Part shown: in pieces, positions 1 to 9,431 of the stretch
Numbering within the stretch: position 1 is the stretch's first letter
Layout: every line of letters begins with the position of its first letter
Assembly: GCA_002722595.1 (NCBI GenBank)
Contig: PBMO01000003.1
Location: 11,588-75,587 of the forward strand
Length of the DNA: 64,000 bases
Source: Methanobacteriota archaeon
GTDB taxonomy: Archaea > Thermoplasmatota > Poseidoniia > Poseidoniales > Thalassarchaeaceae
Direction of reading: 5' to 3'
Position numbers and translations under genes: made by a program
The notes under the pieces: generated by a model
What the model was told of the DNA's origin: nothing
Database searches by the model: none
The model's input: the letters and a program-made list of their open reading frames with translations, nothing else

Positions 1-3000
1 ACACCTGGAACGTTGAATTCATACCTGACATTAACCTGCCAATCTCCTACAGTTACTGGGTCAAAAATAGCAGTAGTTCCCTGATCGGTTAACCAAGCAG
101 ATGCACTAGATTGATCCATTGACCATATGGCTGACACGCTCCACTCATTTCCATCTGCATCAGATGCATAGGCTGAGATTGTTGCGGTATCTTGGCCACT
201 GACAAGGGTCTGCACTGGCGTGCGTGCTTCAATTGATACCGCAATGCCATGGTTAATTGCCATTGGGACAATGACTTCAACACCCTCCAAGGTTGCTTTT
301 ACCCATGATGAACCTTGATTGGATGCCTCCCAAATTGCCGGTGAGCCTGCAACTAAATTACCATTCAACCAAGTCCACGATGTTATCGAAAGAGTCACCG
401 GTTCGCGGTTGCCTTGTACATCAATTCGTACGACACTTAGATTGACCGATTCATCCGCAGTCATGGTGATACTTTCCAACGTAGGGGAACTTGTAACAAT
501 GATAGTATTCCCTGGGCCAACTGCTGTGACCTCTAGGTCGGCAATATCTCCATATGTTACAGTCATAACATGTTCAGCATGTATCCCAAGGTCACTATCA
601 ACCCAGATATTCCAGACGCCGACATTATCGCCAGTATATTCTCCAGAGGAGTTATCGATGACACCATCTGAAGCACCCCAAGTGAGGACACCTGAGGTAC
701 TTCGATCCTTCAGATTACCGCGTTGATCATATACATCAACATCAAGCATTGTGTTGTTTCCAGCTTCGATAGTATTCGAGCCAGTTATGACAAAGTAATT
801 TGGAGCACCTGTTTCAACTGTGATTTCAATGTTCACTGCCGATATTGTTCCATCAGGGGCAACCCATGAAATGTTCATCCATTGGGTTCCTGCGGTCCAT
901 GGCTCCCAACTGACCTGATTAACAGGTGTTGATGTTGAGTATGCTTGGACCAAACCATCCCAAGTTGCACCTTGGAGGAAAGTGCCGTTGGTGATGTCAA
1001 TAGTAATCATCTCACCAGGGACTACATTTCCATTCACATCAATAACTTCTAGCACAGTTAAATCAAATATGTCATCTGCAGTCAGTGTAATGGATAATGG
1101 CACTACTACCAATTGTACAGGATTACCTGCTGTAACTGTGATGTTTACAGACTCTATGACTTGCCCATATGCTGCAGATACCGTAGTTATACCAGATTGA
1201 TCGGGGACAAAGTAACCATTAGAATCAATGGTTCCATCACTGCAAGACCAAATGACAGACCCCGGCAAATTATTGCCATTAGCATCTAGCAGGGAAGCGC
1301 TGAACTGCACCCCTGTGTCAGCATCTGTTGTCGAAGGTCCTGCCAAACTAATCGAATCAACTGATGTGTAATTAAAATCTAATACTGGACGATCAATTTG
1401 TGTTTCTTCCTCACTTGAATGAACTCCAATTTCCATGTGCCCAGTATTTGGCGAACCGATGATTACGATTGTAATCGTTCCATTCATAGAAGATAGGGCA
1501 CCGCTAACATCGAAATGCAACCAACCTCCCGTAAATGTCGAAGGGACACGTACTGTATCCAATGGACTTGTACTATAGTCTGTGCCAGCAAGGAGGCCGG
1601 GTGTTGACCAGTTGGCACTTGTTGATGCAGAATTCCAAGTTGCACCACTTTCAGCATAATTATTGTTCAAAACAGCATAAGCAGTCAAATCAAGGTGATT
1701 TGCCATCGAATATTCTGTAATTCCGCCACTGTAAAACGACAATTCTGCTGAATGTGGATTTACTGACAATTGGTCTAATGGCATCTGTCCCAAATCAATT
1801 TGGAAAAATGCAATTGACTGACCACTTGCAGATGTACCTAACTGCAATTCCTCATAGGAGCCATATGCAGAATTTGGATTTGAACTATCAATGAAAGTGT
1901 CCCAAATCGGCACATGTCCGAGGTCGTAAACATCAGAACCCTCTTGAATCTCTACTGTGTGAACGTGGTTTCCAAGAGGTGCTATGTCTGGATTACCTAT
2001 ACCAAATGTCCAAGGTACAGATCTCGCGCCTGGAACAGAACCATTCAGTGCTTGGACAGACCAAGTGTAAATTTCCCCTACTGCAAGATCAAAATTGGGT
2101 TGCCAACTGCAGTTGAATGCTGTTATTCCAGTAGAACACGGTATGAAACCGCTGCCAGTGTTCCAGTCTTGGAAAACCTGTGAACCACTACCATTACTCA
2201 ATGTGAGAACATATCCAGTTGCATCGCTTAGTCCATTCCAAGTTAAAATGGGTCTTGTTTCAGTTCCAAGAACATACTGCCCAACATCGTAAACAACCTC
2301 AAATTGTTCGGGTGATACAAGCGTTACTTGGGCTGGTGATGAAGCATTATTGGGATTATCAACATAATCAACTTCTAGTTCTGGCGCATAATCTGATGAA
2401 CCTTCAGCAGAATTGAAGTAAATAGTGCCAGACCAACCTGTTTTCAATGCCATATTGATGGCACCATTTGCGGCCCAAGAAGAGCGAGCTAAACTTGTGA
2501 CGTCCCACTCATACCAAACTCCTGCGTTTGTACTCGAAGATGTCATCGATGATATGGCTGTAGAATTGCACTGCGTACTTGGATTGAAGTTGTTCCAAGT
2601 TACAGCACTCTCACTAAATGAATTGCAATCATGGACAGAAATACTGTGTGCACCAGTCCCAGTAATACTTGCTACATACAAACGCAAAGTGACCGATGTT
2701 GGCAGCATAGTGCTTGGATAGGGGTACTCTGTTAAATCAATTGAAAGCAAGGAGACTGCTTCATGTGCAGATGAGTATGGATCTACCCCAACTGCAAGAG
2801 TTGTGTCTGTGCCGTGATTTTGATATTGCCCTATTACGTTAGAACCAATCCAAGTATCTGGCATTGTCGGAAGAAGGCCTGAATCTTCAAAGACGATTCC
2901 ACGTTGCATTGTTACTGAATAATTGCCAGCACCATCATCAGACCCTTGTTCTTCTGGAACACGGGAGCTGAATGGTTGAGACCAATTGCTGTAGATACCG

Positions 3001-6000
3001 TCTTGAACAGCCCTGACCCTCAAATTGTTCCAATGGTCACCCTGTCCAACACTTGCGGGTGTCCACAAAGTAAGATTGGCTAAATCAAATGTTGAGTTGC
3101 CCCAGGTTGATGAATTGCTTGATTCATAAATCCAAGTATCTGCTGTGAAGCGATCATTCAAGGAATGCTGAATCTGCCACGAATCAATCGAACCGGGACT
3201 CGGATGTGTCCATGTCGACCATAGCGGGTCAGTAGGCATTGGTCGCAATGAGTTCTCATCCCATGCAGTAAATGGGCCATTTGCCGTCAAATTACTGTCC
3301 CATATAGGTGCCACCGGCATGGTTTGAGAACCATTACGATATGTGATTTCAACATAGGGTCTGAATGCAGCATAGTTGCTTGATGCATGTTCCTGTATGA
3401 ATGAATGGCGCGCATACAAATTTGGATCCTCAGATGCAAACAGGAGTGAAAGTGTATCGTTGCCATAGATGTGGGCTTGTTGCATCAATTGAGTGACATT
3501 CCAAGTATACCATCCATTCCCACTAACATTAGTTGTTGCAAACGGTGTTTGTACATCATTGACACCATTAACACCAGATACTTGCCATGAATTGTTAGTT
3601 GCACAACTATTCCAAGTGACACTGGCTTCATCCCATCCACACAACACACCTGAGACGGAGATATCTGTATCGTAACTCGATGAACCACTGAGTCTATACA
3701 TCCACACTTGGGCATCAATTACTTGCCACTGTCCTCCATCCATTATAGGTACATTTGAAACATCAAATCGAACAAGTGAACGTGCTTCATGGCCGGCATT
3801 TGTGCATGCAGGGCCAGCAGCCGAAGACCCTACAGAAAGATAACTTGCTGAATTACCAAAAGCAGTATTTGCGTTACAAGAATCAATGTAGGCTCCTTCG
3901 GTAGTATCATATGCACCACTCGCAGTATGTGCATTACCATTTCGAAGATACACTGTGTTGTCAGTTGAATTGACTGGGACTGATATGTCATTGGGTATTC
4001 TGAAAATCTCATTCACAGAAGATGGGCCCACCATTAAGCCATTCATTGGAGCAACAAACCAACTCCAAGTAGTATCTTGGTCTGCTTGACCTCCTTCGAA
4101 TGTCAGATTCTGCAAATCCGTCTGGGACCATGACACCTCACTATTTGTGCATTCTACTCCATCCCAAATAACGCCATTTGCAATGGCACAAATAATCCAT
4201 CCATCGATATTGGTTATATCAGGGTGTGACCAATCAAATTCAATGACATCGTCAGATGTCATTGCAGGATATTCCCACACAATTTCATTGTTTACCGGAT
4301 AAACAAGTGTTGCAGGAGTAGAGGGGGTTGTTCTAGTTCCATTCATCCATGCCAAAGAAAGCACTGGTTCATTTGCTTCAAACTGTGTCTCAGTACTTGC
4401 TAGTACTATTCTATCTGAGGAATTTAGTTCGGCACTTAGAAGCAAATCTACCGAACTATTACCATTAGCGAGGGCATTCTGAGCAAGGCGAGTGAAGTCA
4501 AAAGAAATCCAATCACTAGCTGCTTGATCAAATTGGATATGTGTCCAATCACCTCTGTCCGTCGAACCTTGAGCTCCAATTGAGGACCAATTGTTTATCC
4601 CGTCGTAGGTCAATCCTGTTGCAGATTCATTCCAATCCTGAAGCGCATCAAAAGAGGCTACCGTGGGCGTACTCGAGTTGTTAGATAGAACATAAAACGA
4701 AATGGATGCTTCAACTAAACGCGCATTGGATGGCATTGGCAGTGCCCCAAGACCACTTATTGGAATCTCGACCAATGCACTGGATGTACCCGAAATGAAA
4801 AGTGTATCATCGGATTCATGCGAGTCATTTAAGTGGGCAGAATCCCATGAAATCCAGGTATCTGTAAACAGTGGCAGACTCCCATCAGACAACACATCTC
4901 CATGGCCCATTTCTACTACATAGGCCGTTGTGTTGTGGATGTTTTCTGAGGTCACATCTAGATCAGGAATCACAAATTCAGAGGACGTAGACCACAATCC
5001 AACTTGGCCAGTTTCTGAAATACCTCTTACCCGCCAATAGAAGGTTTCACCGCCAGTTAGATTATTTGAGAATGTGAAATTAGCATCACTAAATTCACTT
5101 GTATCAACCCAAGAAGAGTAGGTTGAAAGGGCACTGGACGAGAAACTCGGAGATTCATCAACCTGAACCTCCCAAGCATTAGCTACGGTAGAACCTGTTT
5201 CATTCCATGATAGAGTAGGGGTTTTGTCTACTGTGAAAGTGTAATCACCACTGAGAATCCAGTCTCCATTTGCTGGAGACATATCGATTGGAACGTCAGG
5301 TGCCGCATTTGAACCGTTGGTATATATCAGAACTAGTTCAGGCATTGAACCACTCCCTCGATCATAGAAAGTGACCGCATTCCAACTCTCAGACACCAAT
5401 ATGAAATCGAGACGCGAATCGGTGCGCATAGCACTCTGGGCTGCAGCCGTAACATTCCATTCATACCACGTATTGTCTGAACTGATGTCAATTGTGTCCA
5501 ACGTCTGCACTCTTTCTGAACCGCTAGCACCTACTGAATTCCAAGGAGTTACACCGTCTGTGGTATTCCAAGTAGCAGTACTTTCGACCCAATCATGCTC
5601 GCTACTTTCGTATGCAGTCATTGGAATATCAAAAGTCGATATGCCTGAGTTTTGCATAGTGCGTAGCCTCATCGTTGCAGAAACGATTGCGACGCCCTCG
5701 GGAAGTTGATGACTACGCAAATCACATCCAAAAAGTATGACCTGCGAATCAGATGCTGTCAAATCTTGACCATCCAGATTCATACCAGATGCGGGGCCAC
5801 CCTCAAGAGTTAAATCCGCACATTTCGGATATTCGAGATTGGAGTTCAGGTGTGTCCCATTACCATGACGGTAACGTAACTCATACTCATCATCCCCCAA
5901 ATCTGTTGAATTGATTTGGCTAATCAGCATAGTTTGCCCTATCCATGGACTCTGTTCATCATCCTCAACCATTAGCAACCGCCAATAGTACTCTTCAGCC

Positions 6001-7967
6001 CAGTCCAAATTCCACCCAGATGGAATCACAAACTCACCATTTGTGAGATCAAATCCATTGTTTGTCCGGCTATCTGCACTTAGTGGAAGGGATGCGCCTT
6101 GACCACTTGGCCACAGTTCAATGATAACATCACCAGGATTTCCGTTACTTTGAGTTGAAATGGATGGATCCCAAGACAATGTTGGAGTAGTGGTACCATC
6201 CAATTCCCAACCGTCTAAATCCCATGCAGCGCTGCCATCTGCGGGAGTGATATTTGTGGGACTAGGTGTAGCAGTAGAATCACCCCATGAATAAATCAAG
6301 TCTAGATGCGGACGATAACTCTCAGGCTCATCACTGGATGCGATTTCGACTTCTTCTCCTGCATCACCCATTCCTCTGATGATGAAATCCAAACTGCCAT
6401 TTTGTCCACTCCGCAAGTATTGTTGGACGAATGGAGTGGCATCGAATGTGAAAGTGGATGTCCCTGTTTGATCTCCTTCAACAACACCCAGTAATCCGTT
6501 TTCTGCAAGGTTGTCCAAGCCTCCGGAATTCCAAGAGCTACCATTACTGCGATTAGCATAATTCAACTCACTGAATACATGACCTGTGCCAGATTCCATA
6601 ACCCAGGCTGAAATCATAGGTGCACCTGTCCGACCGGTACGCCGGATATTTAGGGAAGCCTCGTGAATAGTTACGTTATCGTGGATTGGGACATTTTCCA
6701 TGTCAACTCGTATAAGTGAGTGCATGTCGCTCTCATTTGTCAAATTCGAATGCCCAACTCGCATGCGTAAGTCATCGTCACCAATGTAGGTGCTGTTTCC
6801 AGATAATACCCAAGTATCATGTATAATTTTGTAGAGACCAAGTGTACCTGTCCTTAGTTCAATCTCAGCCTGACTATTGAAGTTTAGAGACCCAGTTTCA
6901 GCAGGTAAACCAAAGTAACCCACTTCCCAAGGACCTGCGATTGAATTGTTCAAAGAACGCATCCTGAACCACACCCACATGCCTCCATCAATTGTCGAAT
7001 CGCAATTCGAAGAACACTGAAATTCATTTGTTGAAAATAAACTCGAATCATCCAAACTGTTCCAAGTCAAGTCATTATTGTGTAGTGAACGGAAATCATC
7101 GCTAGCAGAGAATTGAATTTCTAGGTCACCCGATGTCAGATTTGACCATGAGATTTTTGGACTCCGATCAGGAGCAATTACCAATTCAGTAGGGTCAGCG
7201 ATTATTGTACCATTTGTAGGGCCAGCAACAGCGATGCTGCCCTGGAGTGGGGCAGTCCCCAAAGTGTACTCAAACGAAATAGATGGCCGTTCCCCAGATG
7301 TAGGATGCTCACTAGAGGCACACCAAACAAGGGAACCGATACCTGAGATTACGATACTCAGATTAGAATCGCCATTTCGTAACGATTCCTGAACTAGAGA
7401 TGTTATATTCAAAGAAAATACACCTCTGCTAGCAGTGATATTATCCTGATAACCTGGCTGCCATAGGCCTCTGTCAGTATGGACGCCTTCTACACCACTT
7501 ACATTCCAAGGAGAGCCGGTATCGCTCAAATTATGTGTCGCATTGGCTTCATTGAAAGGTGTAAGTAGGCGGGCTGGATAGAGGGCGGTATCATTTCCTT
7601 CAAGCATCTGTGTAGAAAAACCACGACATGTCAAATCCAAAGTTGCTGCACTAACAACTGCAGTAGTTGGCAAAGAGCCACCTCCATTGAGGGTTAACGG
7701 TATTGTGGCAAGAATCCTCGCACTAGTCACAAGTGGATCATCTCCAACTAACAAATTCTGAGCACTGCCATAATTTGTTGATGGCTGGCTAGAATTAGTC
7801 TGTGTGTCCTGAGAAAGTGACGTACTTGCGGTTAGAAATCGCGGTTTCGGTTCCTCTTCAAGTGGGGTTTCATTACTCAATAATTGCCCCCATGTGCTGA
7901 ACAACATCAAGCAAACCATCAAAATGGCTGCAATTGTTGAACTCCTGTTTTTTACTCCGTACATCAT
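1..7967 (-). CDS. Giant secreted/surface glycoprotein. The 5' end is complete and the 3' end is cut by the window edge (at least 2655 codons in window). It has an N-terminal signal/anchor, seven DNRLRE-like modules alternating with FN3-like modules, then Ig-like (Big_2-like) repeats.
   Basis: I translated the minus strand by hand from ATG-ATG at 7967/7964 (MMYGVKNRSSTIAAILMVCLMLFSTWGQLL...). It reads to position 3 with no in-frame stop. The frame was spot-checked at about 6350, 4979, 2759 and 1259. The ORF track omits it because no stop lies inside the window. Every listed ORF in 1-8000 is at most 135 aa and in another frame. The protein has a hydrophobic N-terminus, dozens of N-x-S/T sequons and recurring motifs such as DTWI...SL(V/I)RFD...A-x-L...W-x-E-x-x-(V/A)TWN. 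Confidence 0.85.
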   Translation of the reverse strand, partial: MMYGVKNRSSTIAAILMVCLMLFSTWGQLLSNETPLEEEPKPRFLTASTSLSQDTQTNSSQPSTNYGSAQNLLVGDDPLVTSARILATIPLTLNGGGSLPTTAVVSAATLDLTCRGFSTQMLEGNDTALYPARLLTPFNEANATHNLSDTGSPWNVSGVEGVHTDRGLWQPGYQDNITASRGVFSLNITSLVQESLRNGDSNLSIVISGIGSLVWCASSEHPTSGERPSISFEYTLGTAPLQGSIAVAGPTNGTIIADPTELVIAPDRSPKISWSNLTSGDLEIQFSASDDFRSLHNNDLTWNSLDDSSLFSTNEFQCSSNCDSTIDGGMWVWFRMRSLNNSIAGPWEVGYFGLPAETGSLNFNSQAEIELRTGTLGLYKIIHDTWVLSGNSTYIGDDDLRMRVGHSNLTNESDMHSLIRVDMENVPIHDNVTIHEASLNIRRTGRTGAPMISAWVMESGTGHVFSELNYANRSNGSSWNSGGLDNLAENGLLGVVEGDQTGTSTFTFDATPFVQQYLRSGQNGSLDFIIRGMGDAGEEVEIASSDEPESYRPHLDLIYSWGDSTATPSPTNITPADGSAAWDLDGWELDGTTTPTLSWDPSISTQSNGNPGDVIIELWPSGQGASLPLSADSRTNNGFDLTNGEFVIPSGWNLDWAEEYYWRLLMVEDDEQSPWIGQTMLISQINSTDLGDDEYELRYRHGNGTHLNSNLEYPKCADLTLEGGPASGMNLDGQDLTASDSQVILFGCDLRSHQLPEGVAIVSATMRLRTMQNSGISTFDIPMTAYESSEHDWVESTATWNTTDGVTPWNSVGASGSERVQTLDTIDISSDNTWYEWNVTAAAQSAMRTDSRLDFILVSESWNAVTFYDRGSGSMPELVLIYTNGSNAAPDVPIDMSPANGDWILSGDYTFTVDKTPTLSWNETGSTVANAWEVQVDESPSFSSSALSTYSSWVDTSEFSDANFTFSNNLTGGETFYWRVRGISETGQVGLWSTSSEFVIPDLDVTSENIHNTTAYVVEMGHGDVLSDGSLPLFTDTWISWDSAHLNDSHESDDTLFISGTSSALVEIPISGLGALPMPSNARLVEASISFYVLSNNSSTPTVASFDALQDWNESATGLTYDGINNWSSIGAQGSTDRGDWTHIQFDQAASDWISFDFTRLAQNALANGNSSVDLLLSAELNSSDRIVLASTETQFEANEPVLSLAWMNGTRTTPSTPATLVYPVNNEIVWEYPAMTSDDVIEFDWSHPDITNIDGWIICAIANGVIWDGVECTNSEVSWSQTDLQNLTFEGGQADQDTTWSWFVAPMNGLMVGPSSVNEIFRIPNDISVPVNSTDNTVYLRNGNAHTASGAYDTTEGAYIDSCNANTAFGNSASYLSVGSSAAGPACTNAGHEARSLVRFDVSNVPIMDGGQWQVIDAQVWMYRLSGSSSYDTDISVSGVLCGWDEASVTWNSCATNNSWQVSGVNGVNDVQTPFATTNVSGNGWYTWNVTQLMQQAHIYGNDTLSLLFASEDPNLYARHSFIQEHASSNYAAFRPYVEITYRNGSQTMPVAPIWDSNLTANGPFTAWDENSLRPMPTDPLWSTWTHPSPGSIDSWQIQHSLNDRFTADTWIYESSNSSTWGNSTFDLANLTLWTPASVGQGDHWNNLRVRAVQDGIYSNWSQPFSSRVPEEQGSDDGAGNYSVTMQRGIVFEDSGLLPTMPDTWIGSNVIGQYQNHGTDTTLAVGVDPYSSAHEAVSLLSIDLTEYPYPSTMLPTSVTLRLYVASITGTGAHSISVHDCNSFSESAVTWNNFNPSTQCNSTAISSMTSSSTNAGVWYEWDVTSLARSSWAANGAINMALKTGWSGTIYFNSAEGSSDYAPELEVDYVDNPNNASSPAQVTLVSPEQFEVVYDVGQYVLGTETRPILTWNGLSDATGYVLTLSNGSGSQVFQDWNTGSGFIPCSTGITAFNCSWQPNFDLAVGEIYTWSVQALNGSVPGARSVPWTFGIGNPDIAPLGNHVHTVEIQEGSDVYDLGHVPIWDTFIDSSNPNSAYGSYEELQLGTSASGQSIAFFQIDLGQMPLDQLSVNPHSAELSFYSGGITEYSMANHLDLTAYAVLNNNYAESGATWNSASTSANWSTPGLLAGTDYSTSPLDTVRVPSTFTGGWLHFDVSGALSSMNGTITIVIIGSPNTGHMEIGVHSSEEETQIDRPVLDFNYTSVDSISLAGPSTTDADTGVQFSASLLDANGNNLPGSVIWSCSDGTIDSNGYFVPDQSGITTVSAAYGQVIESVNITVTAGNPVQLVVVPLSITLTADDIFDLTVLEVIDVNGNVVPGEMITIDITNGTFLQGATWDGLVQAYSTSTPVNQVSWEPWTAGTQWMNISWVAPDGTISAVNIEITVETGAPNYFVITGSNTIEAGNNTMLDVDVYDQRGNLKDRSTSGVLTWGASDGVIDNSSGEYTGDNVGVWNIWVDSDLGIHAEHVMTVTYGDIADLEVTAVGPGNTIIVTSSPTLESITMTADESVNLSVVRIDVQGNREPVTLSITSWTWLNGNLVAGSPAIWEASNQGSSWVKATLEGVEVIVPMAINHGIAVSIEARTPVQTLVSGQDTATISAYASDADGNEWSVSAIWSMDQSSASAWLTDQGTTAIFDPVTVGDWQVNVRYEFNVPG
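1400..7760 (-). repeat. Protein-level seven-fold super-repeat of about 0.94-1.02 kb per unit inside the giant ORF (DNRLRE-like beta-sandwich plus FN3-like module).
   Basis: The hallmark W-N codon pair of the (V/A)TWN-type motif recurs in frame. The W codons sit at 7506, 6531, 5568, 4632, 3612, 2595 and 1635, giving spacings of 975, 963, 936, 1020, 1017 and 960 nt. The units are diverged at DNA level, so this is not a recent tandem duplication. Confidence 0.7.
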
Positions 7968-8112
7968 GGCCCTCGGCTTCGCACAGAACAAACTACTGTT
8001 AATCACTTACGGTGCATGACCATACTACGTATGGTCTATGCAGGCCACTTTTTTCGCTGCATTGTCAGTGGATAGGTTCATTGACAACCGCTACAAACAG
8101 CAATTGGTTCCG

Positions 8113-9066
8113 ATGTCGAAAATGTGGGTTGAGAAGCATCGCCCAAGCACTGTACGCGATATTCGCGGGCAAGCTGCAACAGTCGAGCGGTTGGCTGCTT
8201 ATGCTGATTTAGGAACATTCCCACACCTGCTGTTTGCTGGACCACCGGGGACAGGGAAAACTACTGCAGCACTCGCATTATGTTTCGACATATTTGGTGA
8301 ACGTTCTAAGGATAATTTACTCGAGATGAATGCGAGTGATGAGAGAAAACTGGAAAATATTAGGACTAAAGTGAAACAATTCGCGAGAACTAGTCCGCTC
8401 GGTGTTGATTTCAAGGTGATTTTTCTTGATGAGGCCGATGCCTTGACTGCCGATGCACAGGGAGCATTAAGACGGATTATGGAGCAATATGCAGAAACCT
8501 GTCGCTTCATTCTATCTTGCAATTATTCATCGAAAATTATTGAGCCTATTCAATCGAGATGTGCTGTTTTTAGATTCCGCCCACTAGCAGATGATCAAGT
8601 CCGCATGCAAATTGAAACCGTTGCAAAGTCAGAAGGTATTGAATTAGATCAGGATGCTTGTGAAGCAATAATACATGTCAGTTTAGGCGACTTGCGTAGA
8701 GCCATAACTGCACTACAAGTTAGTGCAAGTCTGAGTAATCATGTAACGCGGTCTCTGATTTATGAAACGACTGCGACTGCGCCTCCAGAAGACTTGCATG
8801 GATACTTGCTTGCTTGTAAAGAGGATGGATTCCATCCTGCAAGAAGGCGTTTGCGGACAATATTGGATCAGTTTGGGTTAGCGGGGACTGATTTGGTGAA
8901 CCAACTACATAGGGCGCTATACGATGCAGATTTCTTCAGTGAAACACAGAAACTTGACATTACTGAAATGATGGCGACTATCGATTTTAGACTTGTTGAG
9001 GGAGGTGGGGAGTCCCTCCAACTAGATTCGATGACTGCAACAATATGCTCAATGTTTCGTGACTAA
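8113..9066 (+). CDS. rfcS: Replication factor C small subunit (clamp loader).
   Basis: It has MWVEKHRP at the N-terminus, Walker A GPPGTGKTT, Walker B FLDEADALT and the SRC motif IQSRCAVFRF. The listed ORF starts at 8038. The ATG at 8113 (MSKMWVEKHRP) matches the family N-terminus. Confidence 0.93.
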   Translation: MSKMWVEKHRPSTVRDIRGQAATVERLAAYADLGTFPHLLFAGPPGTGKTTAALALCFDIFGERSKDNLLEMNASDERKLENIRTKVKQFARTSPLGVDFKVIFLDEADALTADAQGALRRIMEQYAETCRFILSCNYSSKIIEPIQSRCAVFRFRPLADDQVRMQIETVAKSEGIELDQDACEAIIHVSLGDLRRAITALQVSASLSNHVTRSLIYETTATAPPEDLHGYLLACKEDGFHPARRRLRTILDQFGLAGTDLVNQLHRALYDADFFSETQKLDITEMMATIDFRLVEGGGESLQLDSMTATICSMFRD

Positions 9067-9314
9067 GACCAAGCCGGTGTCAGTAAGTCTGCATGATCGC
9101 GTATTGCTTCTTCACAGAGAATACTCGCTTTTTCCCTAAGCCGATTCGCGTGCATTTGATCTTCAATCCGAGTGCGACGCGATGCTCGGATTACTGGAGC
9201 AAGGGGGGTCCAGCAAAGCATATCTGCAGCTACACCCATATTTCCTCTAATCACCCTGTGTGCCAATTTTTCCATCATTTGTGTCAACTGTTCAATTGTA
9301 TCTTCGTTCAGCAT
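9063..9314 (-). CDS. Hypothetical small helical protein (83 aa).
   Basis: It has an ATG start preceded by GAGGT about 9 nt upstream. The charged, helical composition looks protein-like, while the two antisense plus-strand ORFs (9093..9380, 9172..9435) are Cys/His/Phe-rich and do not. I recognised no family. Confidence 0.5.
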   Translation of the reverse strand: MLNEDTIEQLTQMMEKLAHRVIRGNMGVAADMLCWTPLAPVIRASRRTRIEDQMHANRLREKASILCEEAIRDHADLLTPAWS

Positions 9315-9431
9315 TTTTCATACCTCGTCAAGATACACAGGCGGGGCATCCAGACTACCTTCGTTTTCATGGGAGAGTAATATGAAACAAAGCGAAAGTG
9401 ATTCAGTACCCCGAATATTCACGAAAGTGAA

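Noticed and set aside
89-7900. About 20 short ORFs (60-135 aa) listed by the track on both strands between 89 and 6559, for example 319..726 (+), 5371..5709 (+) and 6302..6559 (-).
   Set aside because: All lie inside, and out of frame with, the uninterrupted 2655-codon minus-strand ORF. Their translations are low-complexity or Cys/His-rich and show no motifs. I treat them as shadow ORFs of the giant gene.
8038-8112. N-terminal extensions implied by the longest-ORF starts at 8038 (rfcS), 17416 (fhs), 24201 (eda), 24842 (dehydratase), 29169 (FGGY fusion), 38030, 48319, 49795 (polX), 59458 and 61851 (mvk).
   Set aside because: The extensions overlap upstream genes or add residues absent from the family N-termini. 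Internal ATG/GTG codons give abutting or 4-nt-overlapping gene junctions and canonical N-terminal motifs. The starts remain predictions.
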